This document shows, in pieces, positions 18,097-26,357 of a stretch of 64,000 nt of DNA. The notes beneath the pieces were generated by a model. It ran no database searches. It saw only the letters and a list, made by a program, of their open reading frames with translations, and was not told the DNA's origin. The translations under genes were made by a program, and so were the position numbers. The stretch's first letter is position 1. The number at the start of each line of letters is the position of its first letter. The stretch is from contig CAWDAF010000007.1 of NCBI GenBank assembly GCA_963800225.1, positions 27,256 to 91,255 of the forward strand, given 5' to 3'. This DNA comes from an uncultured Actinomycetota bacterium. Lineage in GTDB: Bacteria; Actinomycetota; Actinomycetes; Propionibacteriales; Nocardioidaceae.

Positions 18097-18945
18097 TCAC
18101 GGGGGCACGCCGGCCCACGGCGGCTGCGTCGGCACCGAGCGGCCGGCCGCGCACGAGGACCGGACGTCGCACCACCCGCACCGGGCGCCGACCCGGGCCG
18201 GGAACGCCTCGTCGGCCTCGGCCGGGGACATCCCGGCGGCATGCCGCTCGTCGAGCGCCGCCAGCTCGGCGGCCAGGTCGTCGGCGCGCCGGAGGTGCTC
18301 GGCCAGGGACTCCTCGGTGTGGTCCCAGACCAGGCGGTCCCCGGTGGGCAGGTGGTGCAGCTCGACCCGGGTGCAGGCACGCCGCAGGGTCCGGGCGGCC
18401 GCCGCGGCGTACACCGCGAGAGCCAGGGAGTCGCGGGCGTCGTCGACGGTGAGCACCGACCGTCCGGTCTTGTAGTCCACCACCACGACCCCCTCGCCGG
18501 GCCGGTCGTCGAGCCGGTCGACCCGGCCCCACAGCGAGGCCCGGGCGGTCCGCGCCACCAGGGTGCGCTCGACGCCGACCGGCTCCTCGTCGGGGTCGAC
18601 GCCGCCGAGGTAGCGCTCGACCTGGGCCCGGGACCGCTCCCGGGCCGCGACCAGCTGGGCCCGGTCCCGGAACCCGTCGGTGAGCCAGCCGCGCACCAGC
18701 AGCGCCCCGCCCGCCTCGGGGGTACGGCGCTCGCGCGGCAGCTCCCACCAGCGGGCCAGCGCGGTGTGCACCGAGGCGCCCACCGAGTTGTGGCCCCAGG
18801 GCGGTCCCCGGCGCGGAGCCGGACGGTCGAGGTAGCCCAGCCGGTAGCGCCGCGGGCAGGACAGGTACGTCGTGAGCCGGGACGGCGCCGCGGCGTAGAG
18901 CCGGTCGGGCATCCCGTCCAGGATCGGCTGCTCCGGCGCGCTCAT
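18097..18945 (-). CDS. PD-(D/E)XK nuclease family protein (RecB/Cas4-like with a 4-Cys cluster)
   Basis: Track ORF 18097..19269 was trimmed to ATG 18945 (ATGA overlap with the PHP gene stop). YLSCPRRY...GRVDRLD...VVVVDYKTG...CGWCDVRSSC. Confidence 0.7.
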   Translation of the reverse strand: MSAPEQPILDGMPDRLYAAAPSRLTTYLSCPRRYRLGYLDRPAPRRGPPWGHNSVGASVHTALARWWELPRERRTPEAGGALLVRGWLTDGFRDRAQLVAARERSRAQVERYLGGVDPDEEPVGVERTLVARTARASLWGRVDRLDDRPGEGVVVVDYKTGRSVLTVDDARDSLALAVYAAAAARTLRRACTRVELHHLPTGDRLVWDHTEESLAEHLRRADDLAAELAALDERHAAGMSPAEADEAFPARVGARCGWCDVRSSCAAGRSVPTQPPWAGVPP

Positions 18946-19841
18946 CCCCGCCCCGCGACCGGCTCCCCCGACACCGGCGGGGTCTCCCGGCCGGACGCGG
19001 CGGAGGCCCGCGCCGCCAGGTCGAGCAGCCGGTCGTACTGGTCGGGTGCCGTGGTGTTGCAGCCCAGGTCGTGGCCGACCTTGCCCAGGCCGTGGTGGTC
19101 GCTGGAGCCGGTGATCACGAGGCCGAGCCGGGTCGCCAGCCCGCGAAGCTCCTCGCGGGTGGCCGGGTCGTGGTCCTGGTGGTCGACCTCGACACCGCTG
19201 AGGCCGGCCTCGCGCAGCCGCCGCAGCCCGGGCTCGTCGAGGGCGGTGTGGTCGTGCCGAGAGGCCCACGGGTGCGCCAGCACGCTGACCCCGCCGGCGT
19301 CCGCGACGATGCCGAGCGTCCGTTCGAGGTCGGCGGCGTAGCGGTGCACGTAGCCCGGCCCCTGCGGCCCCAGGAAGCGATCGAAGGCCTCGTTGCGGTC
19401 GGCGACCACACCCAGGGCGACCAGCGCGTCGGCGACGTGCGGGCGGCCCATCGCCGCGGTCTCGCCGGCCACCTTGCGGACGTCGTGCACGTCGATGTCG
19501 ATGCCGAGGTCGCGCAGCCGCTCGAGGGTGGCCGGAAGCCGCGAGTTGCGCCCGTCCAGGACCCGTTGCAGCTCACGGGCCAGCGGCTCGTAGGTCGGGT
19601 CGGGCAGGTAGGCGAGCAGGTGGACGCCGTACCCGGCGAAGGTGCAGCTCACCTCGATGCCCCGCACCAGCGCCACGCCGAGCCCGGCGGCGGCATCGGT
19701 GGCGTCCGCCCAGCCCTCGGTGGTGTCGTGGTCGGTCAGCCCGAGGACGTCGACCCCCTCGGCGTGCGCGCGGCGGACCAGGTCGCCGGGCGACTCGGTC
19801 CCGTCCGAGCGGTCCGAGTGGGTGTGGAGGTCGATACGCAC
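18942..19841 (-). CDS. PHP-domain metal-dependent phosphoesterase (TrpH/YciV-like)
   Basis: Track ORF of 299 aa. MRIDLHTHSDRSDG, LGLTDHDT, LAHP, GSSDHHG. Confidence 0.85.
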   Translation of the reverse strand: MRIDLHTHSDRSDGTESPGDLVRRAHAEGVDVLGLTDHDTTEGWADATDAAAGLGVALVRGIEVSCTFAGYGVHLLAYLPDPTYEPLARELQRVLDGRNSRLPATLERLRDLGIDIDVHDVRKVAGETAAMGRPHVADALVALGVVADRNEAFDRFLGPQGPGYVHRYAADLERTLGIVADAGGVSVLAHPWASRHDHTALDEPGLRRLREAGLSGVEVDHQDHDPATREELRGLATRLGLVITGSSDHHGLGKVGHDLGCNTTAPDQYDRLLDLAARASAASGRETPPVSGEPVAGRG

Positions 19842-19879
19842 GCGCCGAGCCTAGTGGCCGGCACCCACCAACCGAGCCC

Positions 19880-20515
19880 TCACCAGGCGGGCGGGGTGCC
19901 CCCGAAGGGCAGGTCGATCAGCTCGGGGCCGAGGCCGGCGATGTCCATCAGCACCCACTCGGCCTTCAGCAGCAGGGCCGCCGAGGCCGGCCGGAGCACC
20001 AGCCACAGCCAGCGACCGAGCGCCTCCCCGGCGAAGACGGAGCGGTCGAAGTCGACGTCCGCGTCGCTGGTGAGCACCGACCAGAGCGCGATCGGGTGGC
20101 CGTCGATCCGGACCTTGGCGTGTGCGGGCCCCTCGCCGATCTCCGTGCCCGGGTCGGTGCGGACCAGTCCGGCGCACCGGGTCCCGAGACCCACGCCGGG
20201 CTCCTCCGACACCACGGTCAGCTCGACCACGCCGTCGGGGTCGCTGGGGCCCGCGCAGGTCAGGAAGCTGGCGCGGGCGTCCCCCTCCGGACCCGCGACA
20301 CAGCCGAAGTCGGTGACCGACCAGCCCGGCGGCAACGGCCACGGGGCGAACGTCGGGACGGCGCCCGCGCGGGCCACGTGCTCGGCGAAGCTGGTGTAGT
20401 CGGCGACCGCGGGTCGCCACAGCGGGACGATCGGGCCGTGGTCGCGGCACCGCCAGCCGCTCCCCTGCTCGGTGACGGGCGACGCGCATCGCGGACACCC
20501 CGCTACCAGGCTCAT
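19880..20515 (-). CDS. Conserved actinobacterial hypothetical protein with an N-terminal zinc-ribbon-like motif (possibly the DUF6758 family)
   Basis: Track ORF of 211 aa with high GC3. N-terminus CPRCASPVTEQGSGWRCRDHG. The family name is from memory and unverified. Confidence 0.5.
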   Translation of the reverse strand: MSLVAGCPRCASPVTEQGSGWRCRDHGPIVPLWRPAVADYTSFAEHVARAGAVPTFAPWPLPPGWSVTDFGCVAGPEGDARASFLTCAGPSDPDGVVELTVVSEEPGVGLGTRCAGLVRTDPGTEIGEGPAHAKVRIDGHPIALWSVLTSDADVDFDRSVFAGEALGRWLWLVLRPASAALLLKAEWVLMDIAGLGPELIDLPFGGTPPAW

Positions 20516-20570
20516 GCCCTAACCGTCGTGGCCGCCGTCCCCCCGCGTCAAGACGTCTAGGCTCCTGCCG

Positions 20571-21002
20571 GTGAGGGACCGGATCGACTGCGTCGGGGGC
20601 ATCGTGCTCGACGACCGCCCGGAGGGACGCCGGCTGCTGCTGGTGCTGCGCGGCCAGGAGCCGGCGAAGGGGACCTGGTCGGTGCCCGGCGGACGCGTCG
20701 AGCCGGGCGAGGCGGACCCGGAGGCAGTCGCGCGCGAGGTGCTGGAGGAGACCGGCCTGCGGGTGCTGGTGGGCCGGCTGGTGGGCACCGTCGAGCGGGA
20801 CGCCCCGGCCGGCGGGGTCTACGTGATCCGCGACTACCTGTGCCATCTCGACCCTGCCGGCGGGGACGCGACCGCCGCCGTCCGCGGAGGCGACGACGCC
20901 GACGAGGCCGCCTGGTTCACCGTCCCGGAGATCCACGCGCTCCCCTGCTCCCCCGGTCTGGTGGAGGCGCTGAGCGCCTGGCAGATCCTCCCCGGGACCT
21001 AA
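20571..21002 (+). CDS. NUDIX hydrolase
   Basis: Track ORF of 143 aa. Nudix box: GGRVEPGEADPEAVAREVLEETGL. Confidence 0.85.
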   Translation: MRDRIDCVGGIVLDDRPEGRRLLLVLRGQEPAKGTWSVPGGRVEPGEADPEAVAREVLEETGLRVLVGRLVGTVERDAPAGGVYVIRDYLCHLDPAGGDATAAVRGGDDADEAAWFTVPEIHALPCSPGLVEALSAWQILPGT

Positions 21003-21099
21003 TCCTCTGGTCCGGCGGCCCCCGATCGTTCGACTCTGCAACAAGTGGGGGCAACAAGTGGGGCGCACCACGCTCCCGGACCGATCCGAGGTGGTCGAC

Positions 21100-21303
21100 A
21101 TGGCGGCTGCGACGGTGCTCGGCACCGCGACCGCGTTGCAGGCAGGCCACTACCTGCACCTGGGCGTCTTCAGCATCAGTCTCGCCAACGCTCTGATCAT
21201 CGTGGCGATGCTGCTGATGTTCGTGGCCGCGATCCTGGTGCCGTTCCCGCACTCCGGCTACCCGGCCGACCCGGGCGGCCCGGAGGACGGGGACCGGCCG
21301 TGA
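21100..21303 (+). CDS. Small single-pass membrane protein (first gene of the cytochrome b operon)
   Basis: Track ORF 21058..21303 was trimmed to ATG 21100, 6 nt after GAGGTGG. TM helix LANALIIVAMLLMFVAAILVPF. Its TGA overlaps the GTG of the next gene. Confidence 0.45.
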   Translation: MAAATVLGTATALQAGHYLHLGVFSISLANALIIVAMLLMFVAAILVPFPHSGYPADPGGPEDGDRP

Positions 21304-21950
21304 CCGCCGTGACCCGCGGTGCGGTCAGCTCCGCCGACGAGCCGCCCCGCCACAGCTGGACGGTGGCGGTGCGACGGCGCCTGACCGGTCTGGTCCCGCC
21401 GGGCGAGGCCCTGCCCGACCGGCAGCCGGCGTACGTCGCGTCGTGGATCTACGTCTTCGGGGTGCTGACCCTCGCCGCCTTCGTGGTGGTCCTCGCGTCG
21501 GGAGGCCTACTGGCCCTCGGCGGGTCCGCCTGGTGGCACACCTCCTCACTCGGCCACTTCGTGAACTCGCTGCACCTGTGGAGCGTCGAGCTGTTCTTCG
21601 CCTTCATGGTGGTGCACCTGTGGGGGAAGTTCTGGATGGCGGCCTGGCGCGGGCGGCGCACCCTGACCTGGGTCACCGGGGTGGTCGCGTTCGTCGCCTC
21701 CATCGGGACCGCCTTCACCGGCTACCTCTCCCAGTCCAACTTCGACGCCCAGTGGATCGGTGCCGAGGCGAAGGACGGGATCAACTCGATCGGCGTCGGC
21801 GGCTGGTTCAACGTGCTGAACCCGGGGCAGATGCTGCTGTGGCACGTCGTGCTGCTGCCGTTCGCGGTCGGCGTCATCGCCGCGGTGCACATCGTGCTGG
21901 TCCGCCGGCACGGCGTGGTGCCCCCGATCGACGCACGGGAGGCCAGCTGA
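21300..21950 (+). CDS. Di-heme cytochrome b, N-terminal (b6-like) domain protein
   Basis: Real part of track ORF 21045..21950, starting at GTG 21300. Four TM helices. Two His pairs, each with 13 intervening residues: SLHLWSVELFFAFMVVHLW and WHVVLLPFAVGVIAAVHIV. Confidence 0.75.
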   Translation: MTAVTRGAVSSADEPPRHSWTVAVRRRLTGLVPPGEALPDRQPAYVASWIYVFGVLTLAAFVVVLASGGLLALGGSAWWHTSSLGHFVNSLHLWSVELFFAFMVVHLWGKFWMAAWRGRRTLTWVTGVVAFVASIGTAFTGYLSQSNFDAQWIGAEAKDGINSIGVGGWFNVLNPGQMLLWHVVLLPFAVGVIAAVHIVLVRRHGVVPPIDAREAS

Positions 21951-21951
21951 C

Positions 21952-22905
21952 ATGAGCGCCACGACCAAGCGGCGACCGGCAACCCCGGACTCGCACGACT
22001 TCCCCAAGCGGCCCTACGACCTGGTCAAGGAGTTCGTGATCGCCCTCGGGGTGGTCAGCCTGCTGACGCTGGGCCTGTCCGCGGTGTTCTCCTCGCCCGA
22101 CGAGAAGGCGATCACGATGGCGGCCTGGGCCAAGGCGGTCCCGTCCGACGTGGCCGCCACCGCCGCCGGCGAGCTGGCCGGCACCACCGCGAGCGCGACC
22201 TACGGGCCGCCCTACAACCACCAGAGCCCGGGCCAGACGGTGCTCGGCATCCCGCTGCAGCGATGGGGTGGGGTGCGGCTGCCGACGAGCTCGGCCGACC
22301 TGGTCCTGCAGCCGCTGGAGGACCAGCAGGGCGGTAGCCCGCTCACGAGGGCAGCGGTGAGGGTATGGCGCGCCGCCTCCCCGGCCCAGCGGGACCGCTG
22401 GGCGACCGGCTACGCGGACGCGCTCGCCAAGGCACCCGGCCAGGACCCCGCCAAGGTGACCCCGGGACCCTACGGGCCGGTCCCGGCCATCGTCCGTGGC
22501 TTCGGGACCCTGGCGGCCTCCGGCGGCCTGGAGGGGTCCCTGACCTCCTCGGGCAACTTCTACGGCGGTGACCAGACCCGGTCCATGCTGCTGCTCTCCG
22601 ACGGCGCCTACCTCGAGAACCTCGCCGTCGCCCAGCACCTCGGCGGCGACCAGTGGGGGATGATGAACGAGACCGGGAACTACCCGGGGCAGCCCTGGAT
22701 GTGGCTCTACACGTTCTGGTACCAGGTGCCGCCGTTCTCCACCTCCGACAACGCCGACGCGGAGGTCTGGGCGCTGATGATGGTGCTCACGCTCGGGCTG
22801 ATGTTCCTGCCGCTGATCCCGGGACTGCGTGACATCCCGCGCTGGATCCCCGTGCACCGGCTGATCTGGCGCGACTACTACCGCGCACGACCGCGGAAGG
22901 CCTAG
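21952..22905 (+). CDS. Hypothetical membrane protein coupled to cytochrome b (N-terminal TM, about 200-aa extracytoplasmic domain, aromatic-rich C-terminal TM region)
   Basis: Track ORF of 317 aa. Its ATG lies 1 nt after the cytochrome b stop. TM segments FVIALGVVSLLTLGLSAVF and VWALMMVLTLGLMFLPLIPGL. No recognisable catalytic motif. Confidence 0.55.
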   Translation: MSATTKRRPATPDSHDFPKRPYDLVKEFVIALGVVSLLTLGLSAVFSSPDEKAITMAAWAKAVPSDVAATAAGELAGTTASATYGPPYNHQSPGQTVLGIPLQRWGGVRLPTSSADLVLQPLEDQQGGSPLTRAAVRVWRAASPAQRDRWATGYADALAKAPGQDPAKVTPGPYGPVPAIVRGFGTLAASGGLEGSLTSSGNFYGGDQTRSMLLLSDGAYLENLAVAQHLGGDQWGMMNETGNYPGQPWMWLYTFWYQVPPFSTSDNADAEVWALMMVLTLGLMFLPLIPGLRDIPRWIPVHRLIWRDYYRARPRKA

Positions 22906-23477
22906 GAGTTCCAGCGCAGCACGACCGGGAAGTCCCGCTCGTACCCCAGCGTGGACACCGTGGCGGTGTCCAGCTTGAAGAACCGGCCCTCGGACACCGG
23001 CTGCTCGATCCAGCGCGCGGTCAGCGCACGCAGCGAGTGCCCGTGTCCGAAGACCAGCACCCGGCCGCCGTGCTCGCGGACCCGGGCCACCACCCGGTCG
23101 AGCCGCTCGGTGACCTGCTCGGCGGTCTCGCCGCCGGGGGTGGGGTGCGTCCAGACGGTCCAGCCCGGGACGGTCTCGCGGATCGCGGAGGTGGTGACCC
23201 CCTCGTAGTCGCCGTAGTCCCACTCGACGAGGTCGGCGTCGATGTGCACGTCGTCCACGCCGGCCAGGACCGCGGTCCGGAGGGCACGGTGACGGGGACT
23301 GGACAGCACCAGGTCGAACGACACCCCGTCGAGGCGCTCACACAGCGCGCGAGCGACCTCGACGCCGTTCTCGGTGAGGTCGAGGTCGGTGGTCGAGGTG
23401 TGCCGCCCGTCGCGGCTCCACTCGGTCTCGCCGTGCCGGACGAGCCACAGCTCGGGGTCCTGGGAGTCCGTGCTCAT
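22902..23477 (-). CDS. Histidine phosphatase family protein (Gpm2-like)
   Basis: Track ORF 22902..23690 was trimmed to ATG 23477. LWLVRHGETEWS (RHG motif) and VFGHGHSLRAL. The position matches Rv3214. Confidence 0.85.
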   Translation of the reverse strand: MSTDSQDPELWLVRHGETEWSRDGRHTSTTDLDLTENGVEVARALCERLDGVSFDLVLSSPRHRALRTAVLAGVDDVHIDADLVEWDYGDYEGVTTSAIRETVPGWTVWTHPTPGGETAEQVTERLDRVVARVREHGGRVLVFGHGHSLRALTARWIEQPVSEGRFFKLDTATVSTLGYERDFPVVLRWNS

Positions 23478-23503
23478 GGCGACACCGTAGAGCACCCGGC
23501 CGG

Positions 23504-24022
23504 TCAGGCCCTCGGTTCGGGCTCGCGCAGCTCGGGTCGCGCCGGCTGCTCGCCGCCGCGCGCGTCGAGGTAGGACTGCTTCGGCACCATCACCTTGCGC
23601 CGGAAGACGCACACCAGGGTGCCGTCCTGGTTGTAGCCCTTGGTCTCGACGTACACCACGCCGCGGTCGTCCTTGGACTTCGACTCCCACTTGTCGAGGA
23701 CCTCGGTCTGGCCGTAGATCGTGTCGCCGTGGAAGGTCGGCGCGACGTGGCGCAGGGACTCGACCTCGAGGTTCGCGATCGCCTTGCCGGACACGTCGGG
23801 GACGCTCATCCCGAGCAGCAGCGAGTAGATGTAGTTGCCGACGACCACGTTCTTCTGGAACTGGGTGCTGGTCTCGGCGTAGTGCGCGTCCAGGTGCAGC
23901 GGGTGGTGGTTCATCGTGAGCAGGCAGAACAGGTGGTCGTCGTACTCGGTGACCGTCTTGCCGGGCCAGTGCTTGTACGTCGCACCGACCTCGAACTCCT
24001 CGTAGCTGCGACCGAACTGCAT
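23504..24022 (-). CDS. MaoC-family (R)-specific enoyl-CoA hydratase/dehydratase
   Basis: Track ORF of 172 aa. Hot-dog fold: DDHLFCLLTMNHHPLHLDAHYA...VVVGNY. Rv2499c-like. Confidence 0.85.
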   Translation of the reverse strand: MQFGRSYEEFEVGATYKHWPGKTVTEYDDHLFCLLTMNHHPLHLDAHYAETSTQFQKNVVVGNYIYSLLLGMSVPDVSGKAIANLEVESLRHVAPTFHGDTIYGQTEVLDKWESKSKDDRGVVYVETKGYNQDGTLVCVFRRKVMVPKQSYLDARGGEQPARPELREPEPRA

Positions 24023-24162
24023 GCGGCTCTCCTCACTGTGGCCTGGGCCGGCCCCTCACCGAGTCCTTACCGGGCCCATGGTGGCGGACCGGCGGGTGCG
24101 ACGGGAGGGCCGGACGGCGTTCCGCGGCGTGGGAAACCTCACGCCCCGGACCGCCCCGAGGC

Positions 24163-24354
24163 TCAGGAGCCGCCGCCGCCGGCCTTGCGACGGTGCATCT
24201 TCGGGCCACCGGCGGCGACCTCGGAGCCGTGTGCCTTCTCCTTGGAGCCGGCCGGCTTGGCGACCCCGCGGTCGTTGCCCTTCTTGCGGTCCAGGGCCTC
24301 CCGCATCTTGGCCTTCAGGTCCTCGTTCACGGGGCTCTCGTCGTGGGCGGCCAT
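24163..24354 (-). CDS. Small Lys/Gly-rich conserved protein (possibly the DUF5302 family)
   Basis: Track ORF of 63 aa. GGAGGA RBS upstream of ATG 24354. KAKMREALDRKKG...GGPKMHRRKAGGG. The family name is from memory. Confidence 0.6.
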   Translation of the reverse strand: MAAHDESPVNEDLKAKMREALDRKKGNDRGVAKPAGSKEKAHGSEVAAGGPKMHRRKAGGGGS

Positions 24355-24485
24355 CGGTTCCTCCAGTGCACGGATGCGGACGGGCTGACGGGCTCCACCT
24401 TGTCACGCGCCTCCGCAGCGGGTCGACGCCATTGCCGCCCGGAGCCCGATATAGGCTCCTCGGGGCTCATGGAGACGGAGGACGC

Positions 24486-26051
24486 GTGACCGACAGGATC
24501 GACGTCAGCAGCGCGGGCCTCGTGGTTCCCCCCTCGTGGTCCGGGGCGGTGGACGTGCTTCTCGACGGTCAGCGGGTGTGGTCGTTCAACCCCGCCCGCG
24601 ACGGCAACCGGGCTTCGGGCCAAGGGGTGCAGGTGTCCTGGCCCAGGACGCTGGTGCACCACCTCGACGGTGTCGCCGACGTCGAGCTGGTCGACCACGT
24701 CGGCCGCGACGTGCTGCACGCCCAGACCGTGCGCTTCGGCACCGGCGACCAGCGGGTCAGCGTCGTCGACGCCGACGGCAACCCGCTCGCCGTCGACAAG
24801 GGCGGCCGGCTCCAGCGCGACTTCAGCAACACCGAGGACTCCGCGCGCGAGGACATCATGGACGCGCTCGAGCAGGTGCTGCGCGACCTCACCGACGCCT
24901 GTGGCCTGGACGCCTACCTGATGTACGGCTGCCTGCTCGGCGCCGTCCGCGACGGTCACATGATCGGGCACGACTCGGACGCCGACGTGGCCTACCTCAG
25001 CAAGTACCACCACCCCTTCGACATCATCCGCGAGTGCACGGCCGCCACCCGGACGATGCGGGCGCTGGGCTGGAAGGTGATGCGGATGTCCGGCGCGAAC
25101 TTCAAGGTGTGGGTGCCGCTGCCCGACGGCCGGCGCTGCGGCATCGACGTCTTCGGCTCCTTCCACATCGGCGAGCGGTTCTTCGTGACCGGGTCGCTGA
25201 CCGGGACCCTCGACCGGTCGGCGCTGCTGCCGTTCGGCACGGTCACGCTGGAGGGCCGCGAGATCGTCGCGCCCGCCCGCCCGGAGGAGGTGCTCGCCTT
25301 CACCTACGGCCCGAAGTGGCGGGTGCCCGACCCGGCCTTCCACTTCGACCACGACCCGGTCGACGTACGCCGCATGGACGGGTGGTTCCGCTCGACCCGG
25401 CGCCGGCTGCGCTTCTGGGGCGACTTCTACAAGAGCCCGGACTCGGCCCAGGTGCCGGCCGGGCCGTCACTGTTCGCCGGCTGGGTCCAGCAGCGGCTCG
25501 AGGAGCGGCAGGCCGGCCAGGCCCCGGTGCTCGACGTCGGCGCCGGCACCGGTCGGGACTCGACCTTCCTCGCCGAGCAGGGCCACCCGGTGACCGCGCT
25601 GGACTTCACCTCGCTGGGCATGCGCCGCGCCCGCGCGAGGATCCGGAAGCGCGGCCTCGACGTCACCATCAAGTTGTTCAACCTCGAGGACACCCGCACG
25701 GTGCTGCTGACCGGGGCCCGGCTGGCCCACCAGCCCGGCACCCGCGAGATCTATGCCCGTGGCCTGCTCGACACCCTCGGCGACAGCGGACGCGACAACC
25801 TGTGGCGGTTCGCCTCGATGGTGCAGCGCCGCGGCGGCGAGACCTTCCTGGAGTTCCGCACCCCGCAGTCCCGCCACGAGAGCAAGCACTTCGGCACGCA
25901 CCAGCGCAGCTACCTGCGGCCCGACACCGTCGAGCGCGAGATCGAGGCGGCCGGCGGCCACGTCGTGCACCGCGAGACCGGCCGCGACCTCGCCCCGCTC
26001 GGGGACGAGAACCCCGAGATCTGTCGACTCGTCGTGAGGTGGACGTCATGA
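24486..26051 (+). CDS. LicD-family (phospho-alcohol/nucleotidyl) transferase fused to a class I SAM-dependent methyltransferase, copy 1
   Basis: Real part of track ORF 24021..26051. GTG 24486 lies 5 nt after GGAGG. LicD-type motif AYLMYGCLLGAVRDGHMIGHDSDADVAY. SAM motif I APVLDVGAGTGRDSTFLAEQGHPVTALDF. An N-terminal domain of about 110 aa is unassigned. Confidence 0.75.
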   Translation: MTDRIDVSSAGLVVPPSWSGAVDVLLDGQRVWSFNPARDGNRASGQGVQVSWPRTLVHHLDGVADVELVDHVGRDVLHAQTVRFGTGDQRVSVVDADGNPLAVDKGGRLQRDFSNTEDSAREDIMDALEQVLRDLTDACGLDAYLMYGCLLGAVRDGHMIGHDSDADVAYLSKYHHPFDIIRECTAATRTMRALGWKVMRMSGANFKVWVPLPDGRRCGIDVFGSFHIGERFFVTGSLTGTLDRSALLPFGTVTLEGREIVAPARPEEVLAFTYGPKWRVPDPAFHFDHDPVDVRRMDGWFRSTRRRLRFWGDFYKSPDSAQVPAGPSLFAGWVQQRLEERQAGQAPVLDVGAGTGRDSTFLAEQGHPVTALDFTSLGMRRARARIRKRGLDVTIKLFNLEDTRTVLLTGARLAHQPGTREIYARGLLDTLGDSGRDNLWRFASMVQRRGGETFLEFRTPQSRHESKHFGTHQRSYLRPDTVEREIEAAGGHVVHRETGRDLAPLGDENPEICRLVVRWTS

Positions 26052-26305
26052 GCAACCCGACCAACCGCAGCAAGGTGGTCTCCCGCCTGAAGGCGCTGCG
26101 CCGCTCGCCCGAGCGGCCGCACGGCCACCTGGCCGCCCGGGTCGCGGCCCTGGAGGCCGCCGTGGAGGAGAACCGCCGGCTCAACCAGCGGCTCGCCGAC
26201 GTCGTCGACGTCGTCACCGAGGTGCTGGTGCCGGCGGCCGACCGCGACGACGAGCGGATGCGCAAGGCGCTCGCGGACCTGAACAAGACCCTCGGCAACG
26301 CCTGA
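26048..26305 (+). CDS. Small coiled-coil protein coupled to LicD-MT copy 1
   Basis: ATG 26048 forms an ATGA overlap with the upstream stop. Sequence MSNPTNRSKVVSRLKALRR...VAALEAAVEENRRLNQRLADVVDVVTEVLVPAADRDDERMRKALADL. Paralogous to 28771..29037. Confidence 0.65.
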   Translation: MSNPTNRSKVVSRLKALRRSPERPHGHLAARVAALEAAVEENRRLNQRLADVVDVVTEVLVPAADRDDERMRKALADLNKTLGNA

Positions 26306-26318
26306 GCGGTTCGCCCGG

Positions 26319-26345
26319 GGCCGGGCCTCCGAGGGCGGCCCGGCC
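26319..26345. terminator. GC-rich hairpin between convergent genes
   Basis: ggccgggcc (26319-26327) pairs with ggcccggcc (26337-26345), with a 9-nt loop. It lies between the stops at 26305 (+) and 26358 (-). Confidence 0.4.
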
Positions 26346-26357
26346 GAACGACCCGGC

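Noticed and set aside
16421-18475. 684-aa plus-strand ORF and the 406-aa extended form of the parA-like ORF (16469..17689 -)
   Set aside because: The plus ORF is antisense to parA and out of frame with the SDR gene. The parA-like ORF was trimmed to GTG 17245, because its upstream extension overlaps the SDR gene and has no ParA similarity.
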